Assembly (NCBI GenBank): GCA_016187125.1
Contig: JACPKF010000001.1
Coordinates: 102,931 to 166,930, forward strand
Reading direction: 5' to 3'
Source of the DNA: Candidatus Saccharimonadota bacterium
GTDB taxonomy: Bacteria; Patescibacteriota; Saccharimonadia; Saccharimonadales; UBA10212
Length of the DNA: 64,000 nucleotides
The notes beneath the pieces were generated by a model. That model ran no database searches, was not told the DNA's origin, and was given only the letters and a program-made list of their open reading frames with translations. A program made the position numbers and the translations under genes. Positions 16,466 to 25,863 of the stretch are shown piece by piece (the first letter of the stretch is position 1; the number at the start of each line of letters is the position of its first letter).

Positions 16466-17434
16466 ATGACCGCCAAAATAAAAAGACCGCGCCGTTCTTC
16501 AAGCCACACTCGCCCCCACCGACCAAAGGGTCTCAGCACCAGAGTCTTTGAGAGAGTTTACTGGCCCTATTTACCCCTGATTTTAGTAATTAGTCTGCTG
16601 ACAACCTTTAGTTTCCAAAATCATGTTCTGCCCTCAGCTTTTCATAACCCTATTGCCAAAGTTTTGTCTTACGCAACTCAGATGAGCGTCAAAGACTTAC
16701 TAACGGAAACTAATGACATGCGAGCTTTAAACAACGTTAGCTCCTTAAAACTGAATCAGAACTTAAACGCTGCGGCCCAAGCCAAGGCTAACGACATGGC
16801 AAAGCGTAATTATTGGAGTCATACAACCCCGGACGGCAATCAACCCTGGATCTTTGTGGCAAATCAGAATTACTCTTACCAAAAATTGGGAGAGAACTTA
16901 GCAGCCGGCTTTGGAGATTCTAAAGCTGCAGTCAAAGGTTGGATGTCGAGCGCCGGCCATCGCCAGAATTTACTTGACCCCTTATTTTCGGAGGCTGGGT
17001 TCGGCTTTGCTAACAATCCGGATTATGCCGCCAATGGCGGTCCGATGACTATTGTCGTAGCCTTTTATGGCCGACCCACCAGTGCTCCAGTTGTCGCTAC
17101 TAAAGACAACTCAACGCTTAATCTACAATCCCAAGATAAATCTCAGCCAGTTACTAGTCTTAGCGACATTCAAGGTAGCACTACTACTAAAACCACTTCT
17201 AGAGCTCAGGTCGCCCTGGCAAACTTGCCTGTAGCCGGTGTGGCTACAACAACAGTAGTGCTGCTGGCCGCAGCCGCTTTGGGTATTTGGATTGGTCGCC
17301 ATGCTCTAGCTGTCCGCAGGGCTTTAAGAAAAGGCGAAACCTACGTTGCGACACACCCTGCAGTGGACTTCAGTTTACTGGTTATTGCCGGCTTGTCGCT
17401 GTTGTTAAGCCGAGCTGCTGGTTTTATTACCTAA
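16466..17434 (+). CDS. CAP/SCP (PR-1-like) domain protein with N- and C-terminal TM segments
   Basis: AAQAKANDMAKRNYWSHTTPDG ... GENLAAGF ... AVKGWMSSAGHRQNLL ... AGFG (YkwD-like CAP motifs). Ser/Thr linker and C-terminal hydrophobic helices. Confidence 0.8.
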   Translation: MTAKIKRPRRSSSHTRPHRPKGLSTRVFERVYWPYLPLILVISLLTTFSFQNHVLPSAFHNPIAKVLSYATQMSVKDLLTETNDMRALNNVSSLKLNQNLNAAAQAKANDMAKRNYWSHTTPDGNQPWIFVANQNYSYQKLGENLAAGFGDSKAAVKGWMSSAGHRQNLLDPLFSEAGFGFANNPDYAANGGPMTIVVAFYGRPTSAPVVATKDNSTLNLQSQDKSQPVTSLSDIQGSTTTKTTSRAQVALANLPVAGVATTTVVLLAAAALGIWIGRHALAVRRALRKGETYVATHPAVDFSLLVIAGLSLLLSRAAGFIT

Positions 17435-20400
17435 CCACTACATTGGTTGAGCCGAACACGGCTGCCAAATCCCTCAAGCTTGATTCATTCACAGCCACAG
17501 TCTGCGGTAGTTTTATGGCTTGTTTGACAGCTGCTTCACCTGTAACAACTACTACTTCGGTATCTCCACGGTGAATGTCCAGTTTTTCTTTCAATCTAAT
17601 TAATAGTGATTGATTATCACTGCTTTCGATCCGAATATAAAGCCGCTTGGCTACTTGAGCAGTTGCGTCTCGTAGGGGTCTTGGCAGTTGATTATTAGAC
17701 TGTGGGAGTTTTGACGATCCTAAAAAAGACTGTTTCTGGCCGTTACTTTTGTAAACGCTAGCCTCCTTTAGTGAGACTGGCTTTAAGTCCTCGGCAATGA
17801 CTTTAAGCTCCTCAAGACTGGCGCCGGAACGCCTATCACGTGAACTTAGTTTCCCCTGCACAATAATCACACCATCACGATTAAGTAGGCTGCCAGTCTG
17901 CGCATAAAGTTTGGGAAAGACAACTATCTCTACTTCGCCACTGGCGTCCGCAACCTTAACAAAAGCCATTTGAACGCCGCTTTTGGTAGTGATTTGGCGT
18001 ACGTCCGAAACTATGCCGCCAATAGCCACTGGCGATCCGTCCATCTCTGGTTTAAGACTCACTATCTCTAGAGTCTTCTCTGAAAGAAAATTAGCGTACG
18101 GCTCTAGCGGGTGGGCGCTTAAATATAAACCGAGCAGTTCGCGCTCCCATCTTTGCTGCTCGCTCCTACTAAAAACTACGTCCGATTTTTCTAACCTTAG
18201 GCTAGGACTAGATACCTCTGAAACCTGGCTTAAGCTAAATAGATCGACTTGCCCACTGGCAGCATCCTTTTGTAATCTGTTAGCCAGCGCCAGGATGTTA
18301 TCAACATTATTAAGCAGCAGACTGCGCTCGAAAAAACTATCAAACGCCCCAGCTTTAATCAAGCTCTCCAGAACTTTTCGGTTAACTGCCGCTACGCTGA
18401 CATGCTTACAAAATTCGTCCAATGAAGTAAATTTACCGCCGGCTTTGTCACGACCAACAATGATTTCCTCGGCTGCTCCATAACCAACATTCTTGATGGC
18501 GTCCAAGCCAAAACGAATCTGATGAGCGCTAGGAACGACAGCGAATTCATGAAAAGATTGATTGATATCCGGCGGTAATACCTCAATACCCATGTTTTTG
18601 CACTCGGCAATTTCAATCGCTAGGCGATCTATATTATCGTAATCGCTAGTCATTAAGGCCGCCATAAAAGCCTCGGGGTAGTGGGCCTTTAAGTAGGCTG
18701 TTTGGTAAGCAATCAGGCCATAACAAGCAGCATGGCTTTTATTGAAGCAGTAGGCCGCAAAATCTTCCAGCTGATTCCAGAATTTTTCCATGGCCTGGCG
18801 ATCAGCCTTGGATGTTTTAATTGCTCCCTCTATAAAGTCAGATTTTAGTTTTGTCAAAACTTCCGGATTCTTTTTGCCAATAGCTTTTCTAAGGGTGTCG
18901 GCCTGCCCGCCGCTAAAGCCGCACAAATCCTTACTAATCTGCATTACTTGCTCTTGATAAACCATTACGCCGTAAGTTTTTTCAAGCGCTGATTTCATTA
19001 TGGCGTGTGGGTATGCAATTTTTTTGAGGCCATGTTTACGGACAATAAAATCATCGATCCATTGCATTGGGCCTGGTCGGTAAAGCGCCACCATAGCCAC
19101 AATGTCTTCAAAAACTGTCGGCCTGAGTTTTTTTAAATAACGACGCATCCCCGTGGACTCCAGTTGAAAAACGCCAGTAGTTTCCCCCCTTTGCAGTAAA
19201 CTATAAGTCTTTTTATCATCCAGCGCGATCTTAGCAATATCAATATCAAGGCCATGGACCTTTTTGACGATTCGCAGAGCATTTCTAATAGTGGTTAGGT
19301 TAGACAGTCCCAAAAAATCAATTTTGAGAAGCCCCAAATCTTCTACCGGATTCATTGAATACTGCGTAGCAACAGCTCCGTTTTGAGCCATTTCCAGCGG
19401 CGCGTACTCGACAATATCGTCCGGTGCTATAACTACTCCAGCGGCGTGTACACCATGACTACGAATAGTGCCCTCAAGCTTGACGGCTAAATCAAAAACC
19501 CGAGCCGCTTGAGGATTGATTCTATTTTCCTTTTGAAGTTCCGGAACATTTTTAATATGCGAAGCCAGCGGCGTGTGGCGACCTTGAATTGGCGGTGGAA
19601 TCATCTTGGCTAAACGATCGGCTTCGGCATATGGTACTTGCAGGACTCTAGCCACGTCGCGTACCGAGTTGCGAGCCGCCATCCGCCCAAAGGTTACGAT
19701 ATTAGCTACTCGATCACGACCGTACTTCTGTACGCAATAGCTAATAACTTCATCGCGACGGGAATCCTGAATATCAATATCCATATCCGGCATACTGATA
19801 CGGTCCGGATTCAAAAAACGCTCGAACAATAGGTCATACTTTAATGGGTCAAGATCTGTAATCCGGGTGGCATAAGCCAGCAGTGATCCGGCGGTACTGC
19901 CGCGTCCGGGTCCAAAGACGATCCCCTTATCCTTACCCCAGTTTATAAAGTCGGCAGCTATCAAAAAATAACCGCTGAATCCCATTTTTTCAACAACGCC
20001 TAGTTCGAAGTCAGCTCTTTGCTTAATTTCATGGCTTAACTTTTTTTTAGATGCAGCCACAGATAAAGTCTTGGATTTTTCATAATTGACACCGCCGTAA
20101 CGCCAAGCTAAGCCTTGCCAGACCATTTTTTCAAGCAAACTTTTTTCTGTCTCGCCTCTCTGCAACGGAAATTTTGGCAACAGAATTCCACCAAGTTCAA
20201 TGTCTAATTGGCAACGGTCGGCTATGGCTTTGGTATTGGCTATTAGCTCAGGATTGGACTCCCCCCAGCGCTTAATAACATTTCTGGGATCCATGACCTG
20301 CAGTTCAAAATCCTTTAGACTAAAGCGACCTTCCTCGGATAGAAATGAGCTTGTTTGGACGCATAATAGGATTTCGTGAGCTTCTTGATCGGCGGCTTTT

Positions 20401-21074
20401 AAATAATGGGCGTCACAGGTTACGACAGCTGGAATCTTTAGCTCACCAGCTAAACGAAGTAGCTCCTTGTTGACATCTTTTTGCTCGTCCCAAGCCGTTG
20501 GATGATTAGCGTGCCCATGGTCCATCAGCTCGATGTAATAACGGTCACCAAAAATTTTCTGATACCACATGGCGATTTTTTTGGCTTGTTCGTATTGCCC
20601 CTGGCGCAATGCATCACTAACTTCACCACCCATGCAGCCAGAGAGCACTATTAAACCTTCATTGTATTCTTCCAAAAAATCATGGTCAATCCGGGGCCGG
20701 TAATAAAAACCTTCTAGACTGGCCAAACTAGACAGGCGCATCAAATTTTGGTAGCCCTTATTATTCATGCTTAGCAGGGTCAGATGGTAGTTTTGCCTAT
20801 CTTTAACTGGATCTTTGTCCGAATACTTACGCGGAGCAACATAGGCTTCCATGCCGATAAGCGGTTTTAGGCCGGCGCCCCGAGCCTCTTTATAAAATTC
20901 AATCGCGCCACTCATCAGTCCATGATCGGTAATAGCCACCGCTTCCATGCCAAGTTCTTTGACATAATTAATAAGTTCCGGCACTTTTGTCAGTCCATCG
21001 AGCAAGGAGTATTGTGTGTGAGTGTGCAAGTGCACGAAATCCGATGGTTTTAGACGTTTTTTTTGTGCTCCCAT
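17427..21074 (-). CDS. dnaE: DNA polymerase III alpha subunit
   Basis: PHP domain FVHLHTHTQYSLLDG, polymerase core (GRGSTAGSLLAYA, PDMDIDI), OB-fold region. 1215 aa. Confidence 0.96.
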   Translation of the reverse strand: MGAQKKRLKPSDFVHLHTHTQYSLLDGLTKVPELINYVKELGMEAVAITDHGLMSGAIEFYKEARGAGLKPLIGMEAYVAPRKYSDKDPVKDRQNYHLTLLSMNNKGYQNLMRLSSLASLEGFYYRPRIDHDFLEEYNEGLIVLSGCMGGEVSDALRQGQYEQAKKIAMWYQKIFGDRYYIELMDHGHANHPTAWDEQKDVNKELLRLAGELKIPAVVTCDAHYLKAADQEAHEILLCVQTSSFLSEEGRFSLKDFELQVMDPRNVIKRWGESNPELIANTKAIADRCQLDIELGGILLPKFPLQRGETEKSLLEKMVWQGLAWRYGGVNYEKSKTLSVAASKKKLSHEIKQRADFELGVVEKMGFSGYFLIAADFINWGKDKGIVFGPGRGSTAGSLLAYATRITDLDPLKYDLLFERFLNPDRISMPDMDIDIQDSRRDEVISYCVQKYGRDRVANIVTFGRMAARNSVRDVARVLQVPYAEADRLAKMIPPPIQGRHTPLASHIKNVPELQKENRINPQAARVFDLAVKLEGTIRSHGVHAAGVVIAPDDIVEYAPLEMAQNGAVATQYSMNPVEDLGLLKIDFLGLSNLTTIRNALRIVKKVHGLDIDIAKIALDDKKTYSLLQRGETTGVFQLESTGMRRYLKKLRPTVFEDIVAMVALYRPGPMQWIDDFIVRKHGLKKIAYPHAIMKSALEKTYGVMVYQEQVMQISKDLCGFSGGQADTLRKAIGKKNPEVLTKLKSDFIEGAIKTSKADRQAMEKFWNQLEDFAAYCFNKSHAACYGLIAYQTAYLKAHYPEAFMAALMTSDYDNIDRLAIEIAECKNMGIEVLPPDINQSFHEFAVVPSAHQIRFGLDAIKNVGYGAAEEIIVGRDKAGGKFTSLDEFCKHVSVAAVNRKVLESLIKAGAFDSFFERSLLLNNVDNILALANRLQKDAASGQVDLFSLSQVSEVSSPSLRLEKSDVVFSRSEQQRWERELLGLYLSAHPLEPYANFLSEKTLEIVSLKPEMDGSPVAIGGIVSDVRQITTKSGVQMAFVKVADASGEVEIVVFPKLYAQTGSLLNRDGVIIVQGKLSSRDRRSGASLEELKVIAEDLKPVSLKEASVYKSNGQKQSFLGSSKLPQSNNQLPRPLRDATAQVAKRLYIRIESSDNQSLLIRLKEKLDIHRGDTEVVVVTGEAAVKQAIKLPQTVAVNESSLRDLAAVFGSTNVVVR

Positions 21075-21128
21075 GAACTCCTATTATACGACTAGACTAT
21101 CTTCAGTCTTCATTATATAATTCACAAC

Positions 21129-21156
21129 ATTCTGATATTCTTAAGAATATCAGAAT
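21129..21156. promoter_or_regulatory. 28-bp perfect palindrome between the ytxH-like gene and dnaE
   Basis: ATTCTGATATTCTTAAGAATATCAGAAT. Its core TTCTTAAGAA is shared with the palindromes flanking the ArsR gene. Lies 55 bp upstream of the dnaE start. Confidence 0.4.
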
Positions 21157-21204
21157 AAGCAAGTAATAATAGACCTCTCTAAGATCTGAGCTTTTAGGAC
21201 TTAC

Positions 21205-21615
21205 TTAGGACTTGAAATATCTACTGAGATTTTTGGCGGCTAGCTTGGCTTGTTTGATGGCTTTACTTAGTTGCGGATCATCGGCTTCACCGGATTTTAC
21301 AGCTTTAAGTACGTGTAGGGCTTTATTTTGAGCGTCTTTAGCCCGCACCACTGTTTCGTTAAATTCAGCTCTGGCTTTAGAACCAAGCTCCAAAGTTTTG
21401 GTTTTGGCGGTTTTTATGAGCTCGCCTAGCTCGTCGCTAGCTTTTTGTAGTTGCTCCTGGGCGTCATCCTTGAGGTCCTCAGCTTTTTCGGCGATATCTT
21501 CCCGAGTTTCCTTACCACTTTTGGGCGCCGTTAATATTCCAGCTAGATAACCGCCAATTCCAGCTATAAGCGCCCCAATCGCCAGTTTTCGGCCTGTATG
21601 TTCGTCCTGTGTCAT
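21205..21615 (-). CDS. YtxH-domain membrane protein
   Basis: N-terminal TM helix followed by APKSGKETREDIAEKAEDLKDDAQEQL (YtxH-like helical repeats). Strong SD AGGAGG 8 nt upstream. Confidence 0.75.
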   Translation of the reverse strand: MTQDEHTGRKLAIGALIAGIGGYLAGILTAPKSGKETREDIAEKAEDLKDDAQEQLQKASDELGELIKTAKTKTLELGSKARAEFNETVVRAKDAQNKALHVLKAVKSGEADDPQLSKAIKQAKLAAKNLSRYFKS

Positions 21616-21747
21616 TTTACCCTCCTAAACTTTTCATTAAATTATGGTACATCTGCGTAAATAGCCTTTGCGTATTATATCTCATCATTGCCTTTTCCAT
21701 GAATGTCGACACATTAAAAAATGAAAAGTTTTGGCGGGTGAGACCCT

Positions 21748-21966
21748 CTATTTCTTTCTAGAGACTATTTTACTAATTATTCTAATAAATGGAGCAGCCG
21801 TTACGCCCCGTTTGACTGCTGTGGCGGCTGACTCAACGCTACTAGCCACTTCCTCGGCCCGCTTAAGCACTCTGATCAGATAAATCAGAGCGATGCTCAA
21901 GATTATTAAGAAAACTGCTAGCACCGAACTGACAATAATTAAAAGAGCCGAGACTGCGCTATCCAT
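21748..21966 (-). CDS. Small membrane protein (DUF948-like)
   Basis: 72 aa with one TM helix followed by an amphipathic helix. Sits next to a YtxH gene, as in the Firmicutes ytxG/ytxH pairs. Confidence 0.55.
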   Translation of the reverse strand: MDSAVSALLIIVSSVLAVFLIILSIALIYLIRVLKRAEEVASSVESAATAVKRGVTAAPFIRIISKIVSRKK

Positions 21967-22014
21967 GGTTTATATTATAAACTTGTAACTCTTTTTAGCC
22001 AACTCTAGGAATTG

Positions 22015-22152
22015 CATCGGGGAGGGCAGCCCGACAAAATGTATTCCATTTTGCCGGCGCGATGATCGGGGTCCCCATGAAATAAATTTCATGGGGTAAG
22101 GTAGGAAATTCACGATGCGAGGTGTCTTATAGGGCGGAGCGAGAGCGGAGCC
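22015..22152 (-). repeat. Modular intergenic element R1, copy 4 (variant hairpins)
   Basis: Minus strand: CCCTATAAGACACC, hairpin (ccccatgaaat ttat ttcatgggg), ATCGCGCCGG, hairpin (caaaatg gaata cattttg), TCGGGCTGCC. Begins about 3 nt after the gatB stop. Confidence 0.7.
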
Positions 22153-22154
22153 GT

Positions 22155-23603
22155 TTACAAACCAAGTTGTTTTTTAATAAGCTTTTTAGCAATTTCTGGA
22201 TTGGCTTGACCCTTGCTTTTAGCCATAACCTGACCGACTAAAAAGCCGATGGCTTTTAGCTCACCGTTTTTGACGTCTTGGGCAGGTTTGGGATTCTCGG
22301 CTATAACTTCAGCGACGATTTTCTCAATTTCAGCCTCATCAGAAACTTGCAGCCAATCTCTTATTCTGGCAATCTCATTAGGATCTCCGCCGACGACAAC
22401 AATCTCGAACACTATATTTTTAGCTGTAGTTGAGTTTATTTTGTTGTCATCTAGCATATGCGAGACCATCGTTAGAGCTTTTTCACTTAGTTTTGCGGTA
22501 TCCCAACTAATTTTTCCTAGATTAACTAGTGACTGAACATCTATTGCTAGCCAGTTTGCAATTCTTCTAGCGTCTTTTATCGAGATGTATTTATTTGCCA
22601 TTATCCTAGACATAAAACTACTAACTTGCGGGTTATCAAGAAGTGATTCAATTAGGCCCTGAGGGAGGTCTAATTTTTCAAACTTCATCCTTAAATCATT
22701 TGGTAGAGAAGGCATTTTAGTCTTAGTTTTCTTTATATAGTCATCATCGAGCTCTATAGGTGGGATGTCCGGCTCGGGCATGTAGCGATAATCCTGGGCC
22801 TCCTCTTTGCTACGCTGGGCAAGACTTTTTTGTTTGGCTTCGTCCCAACCGCGGGTTTCTTGGACAACTGGTTGGCCTTTTTTTTGTAGCTCGGTTTGAC
22901 GCTTGATTTCATAATCAACTGCCGCTTCGACGCTGCGGAAACTATTTAGATTTTTAATTTCGCTGCGTATGCCTAGCCTGTCCGGATTTTCACTAACACT
23001 GACATTAACATCAAACCGCACGTGTCCGTGGTAGAGATCTCCGTCCGTCACCCCAGCGTATTTCATGGCTAGCCAAAGCTCCCGAGCGTAAGCCTTAGCT
23101 TCGGCGGCACTATGGATATCCGGCATACTAACGATTTCCAGTAGCGGCGTTCCAGCTCGGTTAAAATCAACTAAGGAATAATCTGCACCAGCTGGATGGG
23201 TATTTTTGCCAGCGTCCTCTTCCAGATTAGCCCGCTCGATCCTAACGCATTTTTTAGTGCCATTAACTTCAATATGCAAGTGGCCACCGGCAATAATCGG
23301 CGTCTCATATTGAGTAATCTGATAACCTTTTGGCAAATCCGGATAGAAGTAGTGTTTACGTTCAAAATAACTAAACTTCTGAGGTTCAGTCCCAAGGGCA
23401 ACCGCCGCCCTGGCGCAAAGTTCGATAGCGGCTTCATTGAGTACTGGCAGAGCGCCCGGCATACCGACACAGATATGACTAATAAGTGTATTTGGCGGCG
23501 CCTGACGGGCGTCATTGTCAACAGCCGCGAATAACTTAGTTTTGGTTTTAAGCTGGACGTGAGTTTCGATACCAATCGTCGGCGTGTATTCGCTAACTCT
23601 CAT
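22155..23603 (-). CDS. gatB: Asp/Glu-tRNA amidotransferase subunit B
   Basis: GIETHVQLKT...MPGALPVLN, FDVNVS, GatB/YqeY C-terminal domain. ATG at 23603 has GGAGG 7 nt upstream, so it is preferred over 23615. Confidence 0.95.
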   Translation of the reverse strand: MRVSEYTPTIGIETHVQLKTKTKLFAAVDNDARQAPPNTLISHICVGMPGALPVLNEAAIELCARAAVALGTEPQKFSYFERKHYFYPDLPKGYQITQYETPIIAGGHLHIEVNGTKKCVRIERANLEEDAGKNTHPAGADYSLVDFNRAGTPLLEIVSMPDIHSAAEAKAYARELWLAMKYAGVTDGDLYHGHVRFDVNVSVSENPDRLGIRSEIKNLNSFRSVEAAVDYEIKRQTELQKKGQPVVQETRGWDEAKQKSLAQRSKEEAQDYRYMPEPDIPPIELDDDYIKKTKTKMPSLPNDLRMKFEKLDLPQGLIESLLDNPQVSSFMSRIMANKYISIKDARRIANWLAIDVQSLVNLGKISWDTAKLSEKALTMVSHMLDDNKINSTTAKNIVFEIVVVGGDPNEIARIRDWLQVSDEAEIEKIVAEVIAENPKPAQDVKNGELKAIGFLVGQVMAKSKGQANPEIAKKLIKKQLGL

Positions 23604-23741
23604 ACACGCCTCCAATTAACAATTTACAGTTTTCAATTTTCAATAATTTATCATTGATCAATTTACAATTTTTCGAACAATGGATAATGGAAAATGGAAA
23701 ATTAATGGTAAATGGTAAATGGTAAATGGTAAATGACTCCT
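23604..23741. repeat. AT-rich heptamer-periodic imperfect hairpin spacer inside the gat operon
   Basis: (aatggta/aatggaa) repeats, e.g. aatggataatggaaaatggaaaattaatggtaaatggtaaatggtaaatggtaaatg, face a partly complementary arm cagttttcaattttcaataatttatcattg. Confidence 0.7.
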
Positions 23742-24152
23742 TCATAGGGCTCCTAAATCCTTAAGCCCTTGCCTAATTCCGGCCAGAGCGTCCTTGGCCT
23801 CGTTTTTCTTGAGCCTGATACTGGGCTCATGCACCAAACGATTGCGCAGCTTATGGGCGTACCAAACAGCGTCATTGTTAGTCAGAGTTCGTTGAGCGGC
23901 TACTAAACGCTCACCCATAGCTCTGCCTTTGTATTTTTGTTTTTTTAGAGCCTCATCCAGTAACTTATCGGCGTCAATTACAGCCAGAATCATCCCGTCG
24001 TAGCCAGTTCTAACTCTAGTCAAAAGCTCTAACCACCGATTTTCAAAATATTTCTTATTTAGACTTCGTGGTTTTTTGCGGTTCAGACGTATCAGAACTG
24101 CCAGCACTATAACGCCCATGACGATAGCGCCAACCAAAAATAAAATGGTCAT
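23742..24152 (-). CDS. Membrane-anchored hypothetical protein with RNxxxH (HEPN-type) motif
   Basis: N-terminal TM helix (ILFLVGAIVMGVIVLAVLI), then an all-helical 100-aa domain containing AHKLRNRLVHE. Start overlaps the gatA stop (TAATG). Confidence 0.45.
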   Translation of the reverse strand: MTILFLVGAIVMGVIVLAVLIRLNRKKPRSLNKKYFENRWLELLTRVRTGYDGMILAVIDADKLLDEALKKQKYKGRAMGERLVAAQRTLTNNDAVWYAHKLRNRLVHEPSIRLKKNEAKDALAGIRQGLKDLGAL

Positions 24153-25576
24153 TAGTTTAATTCCTCAAAGGCTTTGGCAATCTCCAGAAGCTGCTTGTCA
24201 GCTCGCTGAGGAGCAATGATTTGCAGCCCGACCGGCAAGCCCTGACTTTGGCCTGCGGGAATACTGATTGCCGGATTGCCAGATACATTGGCTGCTACTA
24301 GTAATATGTCCGACAAGTACATTTGCAGAGGGTTGCCCGTTTTGGCGCCGATTTTAAAAGCCACCGTCGGCGCGGTCGGACCTAGCAGAAAATCATAAAG
24401 TTGAAAAGCTTTGGCAAACTCATTAATAATTTTGGTTCGGACCTTTTGGGCTTTTTTGTAATAGGCGTCGTAGTAACCGCTGGAAAGCACGTGAGTACCT
24501 ATCATGATACGTCGTTTAGCCTCAGTACCAAAGCCTTGCTGGCGACTCAAAAAATAACTGTCTTCCAGATTTTTGGTTTCCCTAGCCGTGTGGCCATAGC
24601 GCTGACCATCATAGCGCGCCAAGTTGCTGCTTACCTCCGCCGGGCAAACGATGTAATAGACAGCTAGCGCCAAAGACAGGCTAGGTAAGCTGACTTCGCT
24701 GATATTGGCCCCAGCCTTTTCCAATTTTTTAATAGCTTGATCTATTACTGTTCGGACGCCAGGCTCCAAGCCTTCGCCCATATATTCCTTGATAACACCA
24801 ATTTTGGCTTTTCGGATTTCGGATTTCGGATTTCGGATTTCGTATCCGTTAGAGTCTTTTTCGATGGTTGTGCTATCCATGGCATCTTTACCGGACATTA
24901 CATCCATCACAAGTGCTGCATCGGCTATATTCCGTGTCAGCGGTCCAACAACATCAGTGCTGGAGGCCATAGCCACAATACCGCTGCGACTAATTAGCCC
25001 GTAGGTTGGTTTATAGCCAACGACACCGCAAAAACTGGCTGGCAGGCGAACCGATCCTCCGGTATCCGTACCTAGCGCAAAGGGAACAATGTCAAGGGCT
25101 ACAGCTGCTGCCGAACCGCCAGAACTGCCACCCGGCACCCTGGTTTTATCATGTGGATTTTTGGTGGTAAAAAAGTCGCTGTTCTCGGTACTACTGCCAT
25201 GCGCCCAAGCATCAAGATTGGCTTTAGCGACGCAAATTGCGCCCTCTAACTCAAGTTTTTCTATGGCCGTTGCTTGATAAGGCGCTTCAAATTCTTTGAG
25301 CATATTTGAAGCGGCCGTTGTGCGGCCGCCAAATGTCAAAAAATTGTCTTTAGCAATGAACGGCACGCCAGCTAGACGACCGACCCTTTCGCCTTGTTTA
25401 ATCCTTCCATCTATTTCCTCAGCCCTTTTAAGAGCACGTTCCATAGGAACCGAAATAATTGCCGCAAAATCTTTATGCTTCTCTACTTCCTGCAGCGCCT
25501 GCTTTACATTACCCTCAGCTGATGTTTGGCCTGATTGCACACTGGCCGCAATTTCATCAATACTTGGCCAACTCAC
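24152..25576 (-). CDS. gatA: Glutamyl-tRNA(Gln) amidotransferase subunit A
   Basis: Amidase signature GGSSGGSAAAVA and catalytic Ser/Lys context (FIAKDNF, GTDTGGSVRLPASFCG). Confidence 0.96.
   Translation of the reverse strand: MSWPSIDEIAASVQSGQTSAEGNVKQALQEVEKHKDFAAIISVPMERALKRAEEIDGRIKQGERVGRLAGVPFIAKDNFLTFGGRTTAASNMLKEFEAPYQATAIEKLELEGAICVAKANLDAWAHGSSTENSDFFTTKNPHDKTRVPGGSSGGSAAAVALDIVPFALGTDTGGSVRLPASFCGVVGYKPTYGLISRSGIVAMASSTDVVGPLTRNIADAALVMDVMSGKDAMDSTTIEKDSNGYEIRNPKSEIRKAKIGVIKEYMGEGLEPGVRTVIDQAIKKLEKAGANISEVSLPSLSLALAVYYIVCPAEVSSNLARYDGQRYGHTARETKNLEDSYFLSRQQGFGTEAKRRIMIGTHVLSSGYYDAYYKKAQKVRTKIINEFAKAFQLYDFLLGPTAPTVAFKIGAKTGNPLQMYLSDILLVAANVSGNPAISIPAGQSQGLPVGLQIIAPQRADKQLLEIAKAFEELN
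24813..24840. repeat. Tandem heptanucleotide repeat (CGGATTT x4) inside gatA
   Basis: Four perfect copies plus a degenerate fifth (cgtatcc). Encodes EIRNPKSEIRKAK in a variable loop just before the conserved KIGVIKEY. Confidence 0.85.
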
Positions 25577-25863
25577 AGGACTCGCCCCACCTTAAATTGG
25601 TTTTTTTCAACTGCCGGCGCGCCTTTGAGCAGATCGGCTGGCTTGGCCTGGTAGTCCTTGGTCTTATCCTCGCGCATAACATTTTTTAAGCCAGTGACTT
25701 GATAAGTCGGTTCTAGACCTTTAGTGTCAGCTTTGTCAAGCTGCTTGACGTAATCCAAGATCTCTGCCAGCTCGGTCCGAAAGCTTTCGATTTCTGCCTC
25801 GGTTAATTTCAGCCGGCTTAAGTGCGCCAATTTAAGTACGGCGTCGCGAGTCAATTTACCCAT
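25573..25863 (-). CDS. gatC: Asp/Glu-tRNA amidotransferase subunit C
   Basis: LTRDAVLKLAHLSRLKLTEAEIESF (GatC). Start set at the ATG at 25863 (MGKLTRD). The ORF-track extension to 25884 lies in the adjacent element. Confidence 0.88.
   Translation of the reverse strand: MGKLTRDAVLKLAHLSRLKLTEAEIESFRTELAEILDYVKQLDKADTKGLEPTYQVTGLKNVMREDKTKDYQAKPADLLKGAPAVEKNQFKVGRVL

Noticed and set aside
23690-23741. Tandem taaatgg repeats, with a similar block at 63660-63810, considered as a possible CRISPR array.
   Set aside because: The repeat period is only 7 bp, there are no unique spacers, the total length is under 170 bp, and no cas genes are in the window. It is better described as simple-sequence hairpin spacers.
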